Shown: piece after piece, positions 26,880 to 29,156 of the stretch | Numbering within the stretch: the stretch's first letter is position 1 | How the letters are laid out: each line of letters starts with the position of its first letter | IMG/VR virus record: IMGVR_UViG_2734482789_000006 | Source: a virus | Lineage: Duplodnaviria; Heunggongvirae; Uroviricota; Caudoviricetes | Length of the DNA: 29,156 bases | Strand: one strand, 5' to 3' | Notes under the pieces: model-generated | Seen by the model: only the letters and a program-made list of their open reading frames with translations | Databases searched by the model: none | What the model was told of the DNA's origin: nothing | Program-made: the position numbers and the translations under genes

Positions 26880-27101
26880 TTACGCGTTAAGCGAAATGTC
26901 ACATTCACTTAAAGCCTGAATAGTGAGCGCGGCCATGTTGACTTCGACCAAGCCTTTCTTCTGCTTACCCTTCGGCTTAATAGGTAATTTTCCGTATTCG
27001 ATCAGGTTCCTGGCGGTTTCTTTGTTGGTGCCAGTACGGCGGCAATACTCGTCTAAAGGCAGGTATGGTTCTGGGATGATGATTGTAATGTTCGGACGCA
27101 T
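26880..27101 (-). CDS. Apl/Cox-like excisionase and lytic-operon repressor
   Basis: First gene leftward of the switch region. Start taken at MRPNITII (ATG 27099-27101, GGAG upstream); the listed ORF starts at a TTG at 27134. Confidence 0.55.
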   Translation of the reverse strand: MRPNITIIIPEPYLPLDEYCRRTGTNKETARNLIEYGKLPIKPKGKQKKGLVEVNMAALTIQALSECDISLNA

Positions 27102-27236
27102 AAGGCAAACTCCACAAGTTAACCTGTACGGCAATACAGGGTTATATAAGGCAACATTCGAAATATGGAGCCAGATTAATTCGCGTTTCGAGAAGTGTCA
27201 ATTGTAATTTCTCGAATCGAGACTTATGGATTCGCT
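27102..27236. promoter_or_regulatory. Lysis-lysogeny switch region with putative operators
   Basis: Minus-strand promoter TTGACA (27201-27196) -17- TAATCT (27178-27173), bracketed by inverted repeat TTCGAGAA (27187-27194) / TTCTCGAA (27209-27216) with a third TCGAGA copy at 27217-27222. A CTGT-N8-ACAG dyad at 27124-27139 lies in the leader, and a weaker plus-strand promoter candidate TTAACC-18-TATATA is at 27119-27148. Confidence 0.5.
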
Positions 27237-27818
27237 ATGAGCACATTTAAAATCGACCTAAACGTAGATAGCACACCGATTCTTGACAGGGTGATCGAGG
27301 CTTACGGATTTACGCAGAAGTTACAGCTCGCGGAACATCTGGACATGGCAGCCAGTTCTCTTTCTTCACGCTACAAGCGTGGAGTTTTCCCGGCAGATAT
27401 TGTCGTGAAATGCGTAGCCGAAACAGGCGCTAATCTGGAGTGGCTGGCGACAGGACAGGGACGTAAATTTAATGATGATGAATTAGACATACTCAAAATA
27501 CCGCGCAGCAAGATTGTTGATGGCCAACTCTATGACGCTGGCACACTTATGCTTGATAAAGTCATCTTCCTGCCTGGCAAGCCCTTACCGCAACAACCGA
27601 TTTGTGTTCTGGATGGCCTTGTTCAGTACATTGTTGACCAGTCTTATTCTGAAGTTTATGACGATGATTGGTTGGTTGAAGTTGAAGGAAAAACAAGCGT
27701 CCGCACTCTTACACGGATTCCGGTACGAAAAGTCAGAGTTAGCGGTGTTGGTATGGCATTTGATTGCGGAATTGACGACATAAAAATCATAGGCCGCGTT
27801 GTTCTGACGATAAAATAA
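27237..27818 (+). CDS. CI-like immunity repressor (phage 186 type)
   Basis: From MSTFKIDLNV the product is 193 aa, and the C-terminus FDCGIDDIKIIGRVV resembles 186 CI as I recall it. Translationally coupled to the integrase (TAA then A then ATG). Confidence 0.75.
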   Translation: MSTFKIDLNVDSTPILDRVIEAYGFTQKLQLAEHLDMAASSLSSRYKRGVFPADIVVKCVAETGANLEWLATGQGRKFNDDELDILKIPRSKIVDGQLYDAGTLMLDKVIFLPGKPLPQQPICVLDGLVQYIVDQSYSEVYDDDWLVEVEGKTSVRTLTRIPVRKVRVSGVGMAFDCGIDDIKIIGRVVLTIK

Positions 27819-27819
27819 A

Positions 27820-28860
27820 ATGAGCGTTCGTAAACTTCCTACAGGCGAATGGATCGCCGACTTCTACACCGTCAACCGCAGTAATGGCAAGAACGGGAAG
27901 CGTATACGTAAAAAATTTGCCACGAAAGGGGAAGCCCTGGCATTCGAAAACCATACACTTCAGAAAGTAGACGCAGCTCCGTGGCTGGGTGAAGGGAAGG
28001 ACAAGCGAACTTTAATAGATCTGATAACAATGTGGTATGAACGCCACGGCGTAGCTTTGAGCAATGGCGAAAAGCGTAAAGATGCTATGACCTGGGCGGC
28101 GGAATGCATGGGATTCCCGCTGGCCACAGAATTTAATGCCCAGTTGTTCACAGCCTACCGCGCTAAAAGGCTGGATGGGCATTATGCCCGCACCAACAGA
28201 GTATCTAAGGTTTCCCCGAAAACTATGAACCTTGAACATGCTTACTTTCTAGCGATGTTCAATGAACTGAAACGGATTGGTGAATGGTCAGCACCCAACC
28301 CACTGGAAAACGTCAGACAGTATCGTACTGATGAAACCGAAATGGCTTTCCTCACTACCGAAGAAATTGATCGGCTTTTACTGGAATGCAAACGAAGCAA
28401 AGTTAAGTACCTAGAATTAGTTGTAAAAATCTGCCTTGCTACCGGCGCAAGGTGGAATGAGGCGGCAACGCTGAAAAGCTCCCAGATCGCCGGGGGTAAA
28501 GTCACGTTCGTCAAAACCAAAGGGAAGCGCAACAGAACAATTCCCCTTGATGATGAACTTCTGTCCGAATTACCTGAAACAAAAGGCGCTCTGTTCCCCA
28601 AGCCCTGCTACAACGCTTTCCGCTCTGCTCTGGAACGCGCAGGCATTGAACTCCCCTCCGGCCAGCTTACCCATGTACTGCGCCATACATTTGCCAGCCA
28701 CTTTATGATGAACGGCGGAAACATTCTGGTTTTGCAAAAAATTCTCGGCCACGCTGACATAACTATGACAATGCGTTATGCCCACTTCGCCCCAAGCCAC
28801 CTTGAAGATGCTGTGCGACTTAACCCCCTAAAATGTCGCAAAAATGTCGCGACAGCTTAG
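27820..28860 (+). CDS. int: Tyrosine integrase (P2/186 family)
   Basis: 346 aa with C-terminal catalytic-box residues (HVLRHTFASH, MRYAHF); directly downstream of the repressor. Confidence 0.9.
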   Translation: MSVRKLPTGEWIADFYTVNRSNGKNGKRIRKKFATKGEALAFENHTLQKVDAAPWLGEGKDKRTLIDLITMWYERHGVALSNGEKRKDAMTWAAECMGFPLATEFNAQLFTAYRAKRLDGHYARTNRVSKVSPKTMNLEHAYFLAMFNELKRIGEWSAPNPLENVRQYRTDETEMAFLTTEEIDRLLLECKRSKVKYLELVVKICLATGARWNEAATLKSSQIAGGKVTFVKTKGKRNRTIPLDDELLSELPETKGALFPKPCYNAFRSALERAGIELPSGQLTHVLRHTFASHFMMNGGNILVLQKILGHADITMTMRYAHFAPSHLEDAVRLNPLKCRKNVATA

Positions 28861-29027
28861 AAATACTGCCGAATACTCACAGATATTAACTAACGTAACT
28901 TATTGATAACACTGTAAGTTATTGTTTTTCGTAGATAGTTGATGCTTTATAATATAGCCTGTGCTATATCTGTATGTAATGCAATCATCCCTCAAGGATC
29001 GACGGGATTAGCAAGTCAGGAGGTCTT

Positions 29028-29156
29028 ATGAATGAGTTCAAGAGGTGTATGCGCGTGTTTAGTCATTCTCCCTTTAAAGTACGGTTAATGCTGCTCTCTA
29101 TGTTGTGCGATATGGTCAACAACAAACCGCAGCAAGATAAACCTTCCGATAAATAG
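29028..29156 (+). CDS. Small ORF (42 aa) in the right flank
   Basis: ATG at 29028 with CAGGAGG SD 7 nt upstream; the stop is the last three bases of the window. Below the ORF-track size cutoff; unclear whether it is phage or host. Confidence 0.3.
   Translation: MNEFKRCMRVFSHSPFKVRLMLLSMLCDMVNNKPQQDKPSDK

Larger units (their letters stand above)
1363..28860. mobile_element. P2/186-like temperate myovirus prophage; boundaries not defined
   Basis: Continuous set of integrase, immunity switch, replication, packaging, head, lysis and tail genes. No att repeats, tRNA or cos site identified, so the true ends may lie beyond the window on the left. Confidence 0.85.

Noticed and set aside
28861-29027. 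tRNA gene as integration target downstream of the integrase
   Set aside because: The region is AT-rich with no cloverleaf-compatible conserved tRNA features visible.
1-29156. CRISPR array, rRNA genes, insertion sequences, invertible tail-fibre segment
   Set aside because: No spaced direct-repeat array, no transposase or invertase gene, and no inverted-repeat-flanked fibre cassette found.

Overview
The window is essentially one temperate myovirus prophage of the P2/186 type, read here with its late genes mostly on the minus strand. All calls are made by eye from the ORF translations and the sequence; no database search was run, so family names are recalled resemblances, not hits. Right end (21.8-28.9 kb): a tyrosine integrase, a 186-type CI repressor, an Apl/Cox-like gene, a CII-like gene, several small early genes, and a Dam-type adenine methyltransferase translationally coupled to the gpA-type replication initiator. 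Centre (15.6-21.5 kb): large terminase and portal on the plus strand followed by an Ogr/Delta-type zinc-finger late activator, with scaffold, major capsid, small terminase and head-completion genes diverging on the minus strand. Left (1.4-14.9 kb): a contractile-tail module that does not look like the P2 tail, with a full lysis cassette (holin, M15 endolysin, Rz/Rz1 spanins) sitting between the tube gene and the tail chaperone. The module ends in three unassigned, translationally coupled genes and a terminator. The leftmost 1.3 kb is visibly AT-rich and carries a membrane-protein gene whose ribosome-binding site and start codon sit in a perfect hairpin. The most interesting candidates are that AT-rich accessory gene, a LexA-box-controlled small ORF downstream of the replication gene (a possible SOS antirepressor module), the three unassigned genes after the tail-fibre assembly gene, and a textbook -1 frameshift site in the tail chaperone. 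I could not place cos or the attachment sites.
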